64,000 bases of DNA. Origin: Victivallis vadensis (GTDB lineage: Bacteria; Verrucomicrobiota; Kiritimatiellia; UBA8416; CAMCYG01). The stretch is taken from positions 1,844 to 65,843 of the forward strand of contig CAMCYG010000004.1 of NCBI GenBank assembly GCA_945883775.1, given 5' to 3'. Under the pieces are notes generated by a model that saw nothing but the letters and a program-made list of their open reading frames with translations, made no database searches and had not been told where the DNA came from. Shown in pieces: positions 1 to 7,747 of the stretch. Position numbers and translations under genes: made by a program. Within the stretch, counting starts at the first letter, position 1, and each line of letters opens with the position of its first letter.

Positions 1-98
1 GGAATACAGAGACCGCCAATGATGAGAAACGATGTAATATAAGCCGTGCATATAAAGAATGCACAGAAACGAACTATGCTTTTAATCTGTTTCATAAT

Positions 99-314
99 CT
101 ACGATTCAATGCGTTCCTCAGTAAAGTTCTCTATATGATAACCTGTATATATTCTGCCAGTCTTCAGGTCAGCAACAGCACAGTGCCCCTTCATATTCTC
201 TATTTCGCCTAGGAACAGATATGACTTGCCTTTCTTGAACGGATACTTGGAAGCCTGTCTTGCTGTTAGCCCTTTACCGAACACTACCAGCTTTAGTCCT
301 GATTTCTTCTTCAT
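99..314 (-). CDS. hypothetical small protein (71 aa)
   Basis: ORF track only. Lys-rich N-terminus, no family motif recognised. Lies in the AT-richer segment beyond tRNA-Val. Confidence 0.3.
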   Translation of the reverse strand: MKKKSGLKLVVFGKGLTARQASKYPFKKGKSYLFLGEIENMKGHCAVADLKTGRIYTGYHIENFTEERIES

Positions 315-441
315 ATTGCCACCCTTGAGATTGGCTACATTATTATACTGAGATGGCTGACTTGCAATGATGGATTTAAAGAAATATGCATTGTAATATA
401 TCAGCTTCTTTTACAACACGCTTTCTGGATAATTCCCATTC

Positions 442-1092
442 ATGAGCAAAATACAAAATATTATCAAGAAGTACCGGAAGCAATGTCAGGCAAAGCAACC
501 TAATCCCCCTGACAAACGGGATGAAATATCGCTACTCAGAGAAGCCCAACTGATAAACACCCTTGAGACTACTATTAAAGATAATCTCAGTAATCCAGCT
601 AGTCCATTATCGCAGTTATTGTTGGCATATAAAGGGGCGGTTACTGCAAACGATAATGCAAGGCGGATTTTCTATGCTCAGGAGTTGGCGGAAGATTCCA
701 ATAACACTAGTCTTTGTTACTTTTATGGCATAGAACTCTACAGGAACGGACTCTATGACAGGGCTTGCGACTCTTTTGCGATAGGGTTTGAAAAGAATAA
801 TAACCATATGGGATGCCTGAACGGTGCTGCTTCATGCCATCTTGCGAAATTAGAACTGAACGAAGCAGAAGCATTGTTCAAAATGGCAGACAAGATAGAG
901 CCTGAATCATTTGCCAAGAAGAACCTGCAATACATTGATGAGATGATAGCAGAAACCCCTCCTCAAATACTGAAAGAGAGGCAAAAGAATCTCTGGGCAC
1001 AATACCGTCGGATGGAGGCAAGAAGACTTAGCGAACAGGAGCAGAAGGAGCGGATAGCGATGACGTTAATAGAAAATGCGAGTAAGATTTAA
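442..1092 (+). CDS. hypothetical protein with TPR-like helical repeats and charged C-terminal helix
   Basis: 216-aa ORF. Segments LCYFYGIELYRNGLYDRACDSFAIGF and AASCHLAKLELNEAEALFKMADKIEP resemble TPR units. No catalytic motif. Confidence 0.45.
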   Translation: MSKIQNIIKKYRKQCQAKQPNPPDKRDEISLLREAQLINTLETTIKDNLSNPASPLSQLLLAYKGAVTANDNARRIFYAQELAEDSNNTSLCYFYGIELYRNGLYDRACDSFAIGFEKNNNHMGCLNGAASCHLAKLELNEAEALFKMADKIEPESFAKKNLQYIDEMIAETPPQILKERQKNLWAQYRRMEARRLSEQEQKERIAMTLIENASKI

Positions 1093-1535
1093 GGCTTAGG
1101 TGGCGTTGCTGGCTCACTGCCTTTGACTCTTACGGGAAACCATTGAAGTGATGATGCAAGCAATGGGAAGCCGACAATATACAGAATGAAGTGGGGGTCT
1201 GGTAATATTTTAACAATCGGGGCGACACATGATAATATATACATTAAAATAGCAGAGGAAATGCCAAGAACTACACTGTATCGTCTACGTATTACCGCCG
1301 CTACAATTGAAACAATCAGTAATGCTGGAAACTGCATGGAGACCAAGATGGATGACATAACAAAGCAGTGCTCATAATAATCTAGCACTGTTTGACCTAT
1401 ATCTGGCTCATGATTAAGAACCCATATCCAATTGAAGACAGCATTTATTGCTAATATGATAAACCAAGACGCTAGAATCGTGATGAACGCATAGATTATC
1501 GGGTTATGCGTAATTCTATCAAACAACCTCTTCAT
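1089..1535 (-). CDS. hypothetical integral membrane protein (about 4 hydrophobic segments)
   Basis: 148-aa ORF with repeated ~20-aa hydrophobic stretches. Convergent with the previous ORF, 4-nt end overlap. Confidence 0.4.
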   Translation of the reverse strand: MKRLFDRITHNPIIYAFITILASWFIILAINAVFNWIWVLNHEPDIGQTVLDYYEHCFVMSSILVSMQFPALLIVSIVAAVIRRRYSVVLGISSAILMYILSCVAPIVKILPDPHFILYIVGFPLLASSLQWFPVRVKGSEPATPPKP

Positions 1536-1630
1536 TCCCGATTATTATAATATCTAAGCCTGTTTCTCAAGGGCATAAGCAAAAGAATTCCTGCCATATC
1601 CTGCTGACAATCTGTAACGGGGGTGGTAAA

Positions 1631-2689
1631 GTGCACGTAATGAAGATTGTTAATATTTTGGTCGTGATTAGCCTGCTGGTCGGCTTGTCTGGGTGCGTAA
1701 GTCAGACCCCTAACCAGAAAAGGTACAAGGCTCTTAAAAAGATAAAACCTGAATCCGTTCAACAAGTAGACGTTTCCACGGATAGCGTCTTTTCTCCTAC
1801 ATCATTTACCACGACTAACCGAGCTGTAATTGATTCCTTATGTAATGCATGTTCTTTGAGCGGGTCTTATACCTATCCCAAGCTAAACAATGAGCCAAGA
1901 AGAACAACGGTATGCAATATTACAATTACATTTAAGGACGGGGCAAAACAAAGTATTCTGGCTGTATGGTCACCACGGAGTTCGGCGGTAACTTGTTTCT
2001 TTGTCCCTGATAAGGCAACCTATGTAGGCGAAAACCAGTGCTTCGCTAATCCTGCCTTGTATGATTGGCTGGTGGCTAACATTACAGCTCTATCGGTAAA
2101 GAAGCTGACAGACTCTGATTTCAAAGAGTTTTCTGACTTTGAAAGCCCTTCATTTCCTATGGAATATTTGGATGCTTCAGATTGTCTAGGGCTTCGTACC
2201 CTAAAGAGCGAGAGAGGAGAAGCAAAGGGGGTCAATGTCTCGGGATGTAGTAATCTGGCTTATTTTCTGTGGATAAACCAACGCCTTTTAGATGTGAATA
2301 TTTCTGGTTGTGCCAGTCTTCAAACTTTTGGCTGCTACAACAATCAACTGACCAGCTTGAATATGTCTGGATACACCAATTTAACGCTATTATGGTGCAA
2401 TCAAAATCAATTAACGAATCTGGATGTTTCAGGTTCAGCAAGACTACAGGATTTGAATTGCTCCCGAAATCAACTAACTGCTTTGAACTTAATTTCCAGC
2501 ACTAATTTGACAAAGCTGGTGTGTTCCGGCAACCGACTGACTAATAGCCTTAACTTATCTTTTAACAGAAATCTGGCATATGTAGACGCAACCAGTAATA
2601 ATCTGTCTGAAATAGTTTTGTGGAATACCAACTCTCCGCCTGCAACATTACGGTATGACGTTGGGGTGACCATAAGGCAGGGGAATTAG
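1631..2689 (+). CDS. leucine-rich-repeat lipoprotein
   Basis: Hydrophobic N-terminus ending in lipobox LVGLSG-C (alternative ATG start at 1640, MKIVNILVV). The C-terminal half is consecutive ~22-aa LRRs (NQLTSLNMSGYTNLTLLWCNQNQLTNLDVSGSARLQDLNCSRNQLTALN...). Confidence 0.7.
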   Translation: MHVMKIVNILVVISLLVGLSGCVSQTPNQKRYKALKKIKPESVQQVDVSTDSVFSPTSFTTTNRAVIDSLCNACSLSGSYTYPKLNNEPRRTTVCNITITFKDGAKQSILAVWSPRSSAVTCFFVPDKATYVGENQCFANPALYDWLVANITALSVKKLTDSDFKEFSDFESPSFPMEYLDASDCLGLRTLKSERGEAKGVNVSGCSNLAYFLWINQRLLDVNISGCASLQTFGCYNNQLTSLNMSGYTNLTLLWCNQNQLTNLDVSGSARLQDLNCSRNQLTALNLISSTNLTKLVCSGNRLTNSLNLSFNRNLAYVDATSNNLSEIVLWNTNSPPATLRYDVGVTIRQGN

Positions 2690-2739
2690 CTGGGGCGAAA
2701 TAGAGGGTTGATTGTAAAAGGTTACTGTTCAGATAAAAA

Positions 2740-3429
2740 ATGAAAACTGTATCAATATCGGAGTTTAACAATCTTGTGAGCCCGTTGTTTGGCATGAGCG
2801 TTTCCCTTCCTTGGTGCGGATATGGTTCTGCTATATTTCTTGAACTCGGCAAGCTCCAGCCATTAAGCAATTCGAGGCAATATCATGAACGTGGCGAAGT
2901 ATGCATTTCATTTGAATGGGACTGGCGATTAGAGAGTGATAAGAAGATTATTTACGGAAGTTCCAATAGTATGCCAGAGATTGCGAAACATATCTCACAG
3001 CTTGTTAATCTAAAGGTGAAAGAAATCACAGTAGAAGGCAGAGTTCCGGAATTATCAATTCAATTTGACAATGGATTTGTATTGCGGTCAATGTCCATGG
3101 TTACCGGCGACCCACAATGGGATATTAGACTTCAAGACGACAAGTGGCTTTCCTGTATGAATGGAGAAATTACTATTGGTAATGGCGAAGGAACTGGGAC
3201 AACGGCGGAGGAAGATGAGGCAATAGAGCATTCAGAGATTACGGCAAAGAGATGGGGAGCTCCAGTAATTGAGCCGAAGCTTGGCGATTGTGGCAAATGC
3301 AACTTCTTTTGCAGACTAGACGGTCATTTCAGTCTTCTAGATTATGGTGTCTGCACATCTGCAAACAGCCCCTTTGACGGGAAGGCAACTAATGTTAAGA
3401 GTGGCTGTCAATTATTCAGTCCCGAATGA
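2740..3429 (+). CDS. hypothetical protein with C-terminal Cys-rich knuckle
   Basis: 229-aa ORF. The C-terminus GDCGKCNFFCRLDGHFSLLDYGVCTSANSPFDG...SGCQLF looks metal-binding (reminiscent of DUF3027-type tails, unverified). Confidence 0.45.
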   Translation: MKTVSISEFNNLVSPLFGMSVSLPWCGYGSAIFLELGKLQPLSNSRQYHERGEVCISFEWDWRLESDKKIIYGSSNSMPEIAKHISQLVNLKVKEITVEGRVPELSIQFDNGFVLRSMSMVTGDPQWDIRLQDDKWLSCMNGEITIGNGEGTGTTAEEDEAIEHSEITAKRWGAPVIEPKLGDCGKCNFFCRLDGHFSLLDYGVCTSANSPFDGKATNVKSGCQLFSPE

Positions 3430-3518
3430 GTGATATTTCCTCTTGTAAATCCCATTTAAGTTGCCACATTTCTGACACTTTTGACGATGAAAACTAGCAA
3501 TTGAAATCAGCCACCCCC

Positions 3519-3656
3519 TCACTTCCCGCTCAGCATCTTCTCAATATTCCTTGTCGCCGTATTCATATCTTCCTGTAGCTTGGTAAACACAGCACTTTGA
3601 TAGCCCGCCGTAGTTTTAATATTAGTATGCCCCATGAGAAACATTTTAGTCTCATG
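3519..3656 (-). pseudogene. tyrosine recombinase (phage-type integrase) C-terminal remnant
   Basis: Minus-strand translation reads HETKMFLMGHTNIKTTAGYQSAVFTKLQEDMNTATRNIEKMLSGK*. This contains the (L/M)GHxxIxTTxxY box that carries the catalytic Tyr. An in-frame TGA at 3657-3659 closes the frame upstream, so only ~45 codons survive. It lies 225 nt from the tRNA-Val 3' end. Confidence 0.7.
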
Positions 3657-3716
3657 TCAGGAATGTTGCTGTATGTCGCCAAACTGCTTCCAAACTGGCT
3701 ATACTGCCGTAAAAAC

Positions 3717-3758
3717 GACCCTAGCTGATTTTACCACCTGACCCTAGCTGAATTTACC
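3717..3758. repeat. tandem 19-nt direct repeat GACCCTAGCTGA(T/A)TTTACC x2, period 23 nt
   Basis: Copies read directly at 3717-3735 and 3740-3758, with one substitution. Located between the integrase remnant and tRNA-Val. Confidence 0.85.
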
Positions 3759-3840
3759 TTTATGCAATGAAACGATACAAAAGCCCAATTTTCTATGCTT
3801 CAAAAGAATATCTGCATAAGTACTGTAATATCAGGGAAAT

Positions 3841-3870
3841 ATAAAGGGCGTTCATGGTTAGTGAACGCCC
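3841..3870 (-). terminator. intrinsic terminator downstream of tRNA-Val
   Basis: Perfect 9-bp stem GGGCGTTCA/TGAACGCCC (3846-3854 and 3862-3870) with a 7-nt loop. On the minus strand it is followed by TTTAT. It starts 10 nt after the tRNA 3' end. Confidence 0.65.
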
Positions 3871-3880
3871 CGATAATAGT

Positions 3881-3956
3881 TGGTGGGCGATGTGGGACTC
3901 GAACCCACAACATCCAGCGTGTAAAGCTGGCGCTCTGCCAATTGAGCTAACCGCCC
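3881..3956 (-). tRNA. tRNA-Val (anticodon TAC), CCA encoded
   Basis: The reverse complement GGGCGGTTAGCTCAATTGGCAGAGCGCCAGCTTTACACGCTGGATGTTGTGGGTTCGAGTCCCACATCGCCCACCA folds as a 76-nt cloverleaf. Acceptor stem is 7 bp, D stem GCTC/GAGC, anticodon stem CCAGC/GCTGG with loop TTTACAC, T stem GTGGG/CCCAC with loop TTCGAGT. Confidence 0.95.
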
Positions 3957-4232
3957 ATGGAATATGAAGCAGGCGATAAATTAAATATTTAGCGCTGGTA
4001 AGTAAAGAACTAATCCCGTATGCCGAATTAAATTATCAATGTATTTGCGGTTCGCTAGATGTTGTCCTAGCGTGGCAAATAGCCACAACCAAAGATTTAC
4101 GACAGAATGAACAGAATGATAATTTAGTCATGCTGTCAAAATGCGTCATTGGAGTCGAACTCGTAGGGTGCATTTATCACAAAGGCTGTGAGAAATGCAG
4201 GTTCGGCCGATGTTGTCTTAAGAGGTCGCAGT

Positions 4233-5405
4233 CTACCTTGTCAAACTGTTCAGTGCAGACTGTTGGACTGTCTTGAGCGGAATATTATGCTTTTGGGCTA
4301 AAACCAGGCAGTCCTCGTACTCAGGTGATGATGTAACGGCCTTACCGTTGCGAAGCCCGAGCTTAATCCTTACCTCGCCATACGGAGTCTTGACTGTTTC
4401 GTGCTTGCGGTCAAGGATGTGTCTTTTGCATGTATATTCCCTGATCCCGAAAGTAGTTGAGTGTGCGAGTATCATCTCAATAAAGCTCGTTGCATCGGAA
4501 GGTTTGCTGATCACTGTCAGCATGGTGGCAAGCCTGAATTTCTTCATGTGAAGGGGCGTCAGTGTTACGTCCAGAGCGCCGTTTTCCATAAGCTTTTCAG
4601 CAAGTGCGCCAATGACCTCAGGGGTCGAGTCATCTATATTGCATTCCAGTACAACACAGCTGTCCGAAGATGTATTAGCAGTGGAAACGGAATCCAGCAG
4701 TGTTGCTCTAAGCAGATTAGGTCGCGATCGGAGTGTTCTGCTGCCGAACGAGCTGGATGTTGCTCCGACAGTATGCGTCTCATCTTCGTCAGGTTTGCTC
4801 CACAAAGTTGTAAGCACAGCCGCTGCGGTAGGTGTGAGAAGTTCAAATGGTTCATCAACCTGGCTCATGGTAAAGCCTTTCATCAGTTCCATTGTTGCCG
4901 GGGCAGGGATAGGCAAAACACCATGCTGGCTCATTATCTCACCATGACCAGTAGGCAGGGAGCTGAAGGTGACACGAAAGGTGCCGAGTGTCTCCAGGCA
5001 AATGCATATGCCGACTATGTCGATGATTGAATCAATAGCACCTACTTCATGGAAATGAACTTTGTCGGGGTGTATCCCATGCACTTTGCCTTCTGCTTCG
5101 GCCAGCCTTCTGAATATTGCACCAGCAGTTTTCTTTGTCTCTGCGTTGAGCGAGGATGCATTTATCAGAGACACGATTTCGGTTAAGCCGCGATGATGAT
5201 GGTGTTCGTGGGGACAATCTATAACGAGTTTAAGGCCGTTAAGACCATGTGAAGCAAATGGCTCTACCCTGATTTGTAACCGGCCGATGTTCAGGGTGTT
5301 CAGCTTTGTGTTCAGAAGCGCGACGTCAACGCCAAGGCCGATAAGCGAGGCGAGTATCATGTCGCCGCTGGCGCCGCCAATGCTGTCAAATCTGACCATT
5401 CTCAT
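4233..5405 (-). CDS. larC: LarC-family nickel insertion protein (nickel-pincer cofactor biosynthesis, DUF111)
   Basis: The N-terminus MRMVRFDSIGGASGDMILASLIGLGVD is the DUF111/LarC signature. A His-rich patch (HEHHHH) is present. 390 aa, 1 nt after larB. Confidence 0.85.
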   Translation of the reverse strand: MRMVRFDSIGGASGDMILASLIGLGVDVALLNTKLNTLNIGRLQIRVEPFASHGLNGLKLVIDCPHEHHHHRGLTEIVSLINASSLNAETKKTAGAIFRRLAEAEGKVHGIHPDKVHFHEVGAIDSIIDIVGICICLETLGTFRVTFSSLPTGHGEIMSQHGVLPIPAPATMELMKGFTMSQVDEPFELLTPTAAAVLTTLWSKPDEDETHTVGATSSSFGSRTLRSRPNLLRATLLDSVSTANTSSDSCVVLECNIDDSTPEVIGALAEKLMENGALDVTLTPLHMKKFRLATMLTVISKPSDATSFIEMILAHSTTFGIREYTCKRHILDRKHETVKTPYGEVRIKLGLRNGKAVTSSPEYEDCLVLAQKHNIPLKTVQQSALNSLTR

Positions 5406-5406
5406 C

Positions 5407-6153
5407 TTATACAGTCCTGTTGATCAACGCTGCCGCAACGCCAGCTCCAAATCCATTGTCGATGTTTACAACGGAGATTCCGGGTACGCAAGTGTTCAGC
5501 ATTGCCAGCAGGGCGGTGATTCCTCCCAGATTGGTCCCATATCCTATGCTGGTAGGTACTGCGATGATTGGCTTGTCAATAAGACCTCCGACCACAGATG
5601 GTAAAGCGCCCTCCATTCCTGCTACCACCACGACAGCTCTGCATTTACGCAGGGTGGGGAGATGCTTCATCAGGCGATGTAGTCCGGCTACGCCGATGTC
5701 GAATATGCGTTCAACCTTTGCTCCAAGCTGTTCGGCGGTCAACGCCGCTTCTTCGGCAACCGGTATATCCGAAGTGCCTGCGCATATGACAGCTATCCTG
5801 CCCAGCTTCCGACGTTTCTGCCCAGGTTTGATATCCATTGAGACTATACGGGCATTTTTGTCGTAACGCGCTTTTGGGTAAGCGACAGCTATTTCGCGGT
5901 ACTGATCTGCAGTGCATCTAGTGGCAAAGACATCCTGACCATTGCGGGAAAGAGCGCTCATTATCCTTATGATCTGTTCTGCAGTCTTTCCCTGACAAAA
6001 GATTACTTCTGGAAACCCGCGTCGCCTTTGTCGGTCTGTATCCACCTTGGCAAAGCCCAGATCCTTTTCAAATACATCGAGGGCTTGCAGGGCCTGTGCT
6101 GCTGTCATTTCTCCGGCCTGCACCTTTGCAAGGATCTTTTTAAGGGCTTTCAT
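5407..6153 (-). CDS. larB: nickel-pincer cofactor biosynthesis protein LarB (AIR-carboxylase-like)
   Basis: GFPEVIFCQGKT, AVICAGTSDIPVAEEA, VVVAGMEGALPSVVGGL, IAVPTSIGYG and VVNIDNGFGAG match the PurE-like LarB pattern. Confidence 0.85.
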   Translation of the reverse strand: MKALKKILAKVQAGEMTAAQALQALDVFEKDLGFAKVDTDRQRRRGFPEVIFCQGKTAEQIIRIMSALSRNGQDVFATRCTADQYREIAVAYPKARYDKNARIVSMDIKPGQKRRKLGRIAVICAGTSDIPVAEEAALTAEQLGAKVERIFDIGVAGLHRLMKHLPTLRKCRAVVVVAGMEGALPSVVGGLIDKPIIAVPTSIGYGTNLGGITALLAMLNTCVPGISVVNIDNGFGAGVAAALINRTV

Positions 6154-6158
6154 CAGGA

Positions 6159-7589
6159 TTAATCCGCCAATAACTCCTGCAGTTTATCGGTCAGTTTATC
6201 TGCCGAGATCCGTTCCTGTTTCATAGTGTCCCGGTCACGCAAGGTCACGGTATTGTCCGTAATCGTCTGGAAATCGATTGTGATGCCGTAAGGCGTCCCG
6301 ATCTCGTCTTGCCTTCTGTAGCGCCGGCCTATGGCACTGGTATGGTCGTAGAAGCAGGGCCATCTGTTATTCAGTGTGTCGAATATCTTCCTGGCCTTTT
6401 CGACAAGTTCCGGCTTGTTCTTGAGTAGAGGGAATACTGCAGCCTTGAAAGGTGCAATACGGGGGCTGAACTTGAGAACTGTTCTGGCCTCGTAATTCTC
6501 GGGGACCGGCTTACCTGGTTCAGCCTCGATCACTCCGCCCATCGATTCGTCCTTGGGTATCCATTCTTCCCTGTAAGCGTTGCACAACAAAGCCAATGCA
6601 ATACGGTCGACACCGGCAGAAGGTTCAACGACGTGTGGAATGAACTTTTCATTAGTGTCCTGATCGAAGTATTCCATCGATTTGCCGCTGAACTGCTGGT
6701 GTCTGCTCAGGTCAAAGTCAGACCTGGCGGCGACGCCCTCGAGTTCCTGCAGACCGAACGGGAACTTGAACATGATATCGACGCAGGCGGAAGCGTAGTG
6801 AGCAAGCTCATCTTTCTTGTATACGTATTTCTCAAGGCTGTCAGCGCTAAGGCCGATAGAGTGATACCATTTCAGCCGTTCCTCCACCCAGTAATGGTGC
6901 CAGTGTTTGTCGGTCCCGGGCTTCACAAAGAATTCCAGCTCCATCTGCTCGAACTCGCGTGACCGGAAGGTGAAATTGCGCGGATTGATCTCATTTCTGA
7001 ACGCCTTGCCGATCTGTGCGATTCCAAAGGGTACCTTCTGCCGTGATACAGAAAGTACATTGCTGAACTGCGCAAATATCGCCTGGGCGGTTTCAGGCCT
7101 CAGGTATGCTACGGAGGTCTCGTCCTCGACAGGGCCGACAAACGTTCTGAACATAAGATTAAAGGCTTTTGGTTCAGTCATCGCCTTGGAGCCACAGGCC
7201 GTGCATTTGATGCCTTCCGGCAGTGCAAAGCCCTTATCTGTCTTAATAAGTTTCTGTCCCTGTTCTTCGCATAGATTATCAGCCTTGTAGCGCTTTTTAC
7301 ATTCCAGGCAGTCAACCATAGGGTCTGCGAAGCCGGCCAGATGTCCGGAGGCTTCCCATATGCGGGGGTGCATAATTATGGACGCATCCAAACCTACGAC
7401 ATCTTCCCGCTTCTGTACCGTGTTTCTCCACCAGGATTCCCGGATATTCTTCTTGAGTTCACAGCCCAGTGGTCCGTAATCCCAGAATCCGCTAAGTCCG
7501 CCATATATTTCAGAGCTTTGGAAAATAAAGCCGCGCCTTTTGCATAGTGACACAATGCTGTCCATCAGGTGATTCTCGTTGTTTGCCAT
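6159..7589 (-). CDS. glyQS: glycine--tRNA ligase (dimeric class II GlyRS)
   Basis: KRRGFIFQSSEIYGGLSGFWDYGPLGCELKKNI is the canonical N-terminus. 476 aa, with class II motifs (FRNEINPR, SAGVDR). Confidence 0.95.
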   Translation of the reverse strand: MANNENHLMDSIVSLCKRRGFIFQSSEIYGGLSGFWDYGPLGCELKKNIRESWWRNTVQKREDVVGLDASIIMHPRIWEASGHLAGFADPMVDCLECKKRYKADNLCEEQGQKLIKTDKGFALPEGIKCTACGSKAMTEPKAFNLMFRTFVGPVEDETSVAYLRPETAQAIFAQFSNVLSVSRQKVPFGIAQIGKAFRNEINPRNFTFRSREFEQMELEFFVKPGTDKHWHHYWVEERLKWYHSIGLSADSLEKYVYKKDELAHYASACVDIMFKFPFGLQELEGVAARSDFDLSRHQQFSGKSMEYFDQDTNEKFIPHVVEPSAGVDRIALALLCNAYREEWIPKDESMGGVIEAEPGKPVPENYEARTVLKFSPRIAPFKAAVFPLLKNKPELVEKARKIFDTLNNRWPCFYDHTSAIGRRYRRQDEIGTPYGITIDFQTITDNTVTLRDRDTMKQERISADKLTDKLQELLAD

Positions 7590-7747
7590 TTTCTATCCTT
7601 GATTCTTTATGTTGTCTAAAATCTATGACCCATCATCAAACTGCCGAAACAATCATGTCATTTACTATGATAAGAACCGGCTATCCCTTCCGTACATGAA
7701 AGGAACGAGGAATATAGACTAGCCGGTGCATATTTCCAGTATAAACT

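Noticed and set aside
4140-4190. GGAGTCGAACTCGTAGGG, which superficially resembles a tRNA T-arm fragment or att duplicate
   Set aside because: It cannot be folded into a 5-bp T stem with a 7-nt loop. It aligns poorly with the tRNA-Val 3' end. It also lies on the 5' side of the tRNA, not the integration side.
4273-5030. Long plus-strand ORFs (92, 189 and 111 aa) antisense to larC
   Set aside because: They are fully nested in a gene with strong family motifs. Their translations are Cys/Arg/Ser-rich low complexity with no start context. These are typical shadow ORFs.
7590-7747. Possible T-box leader upstream of glyQS
   Set aside because: No T-box sequence (AGGGTGGNACCGCG-like) or specifier-loop architecture is visible on the minus strand. 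There is only a 7-bp-arm hairpin (CCGGCTA...TAGCCGG) with a long loop.
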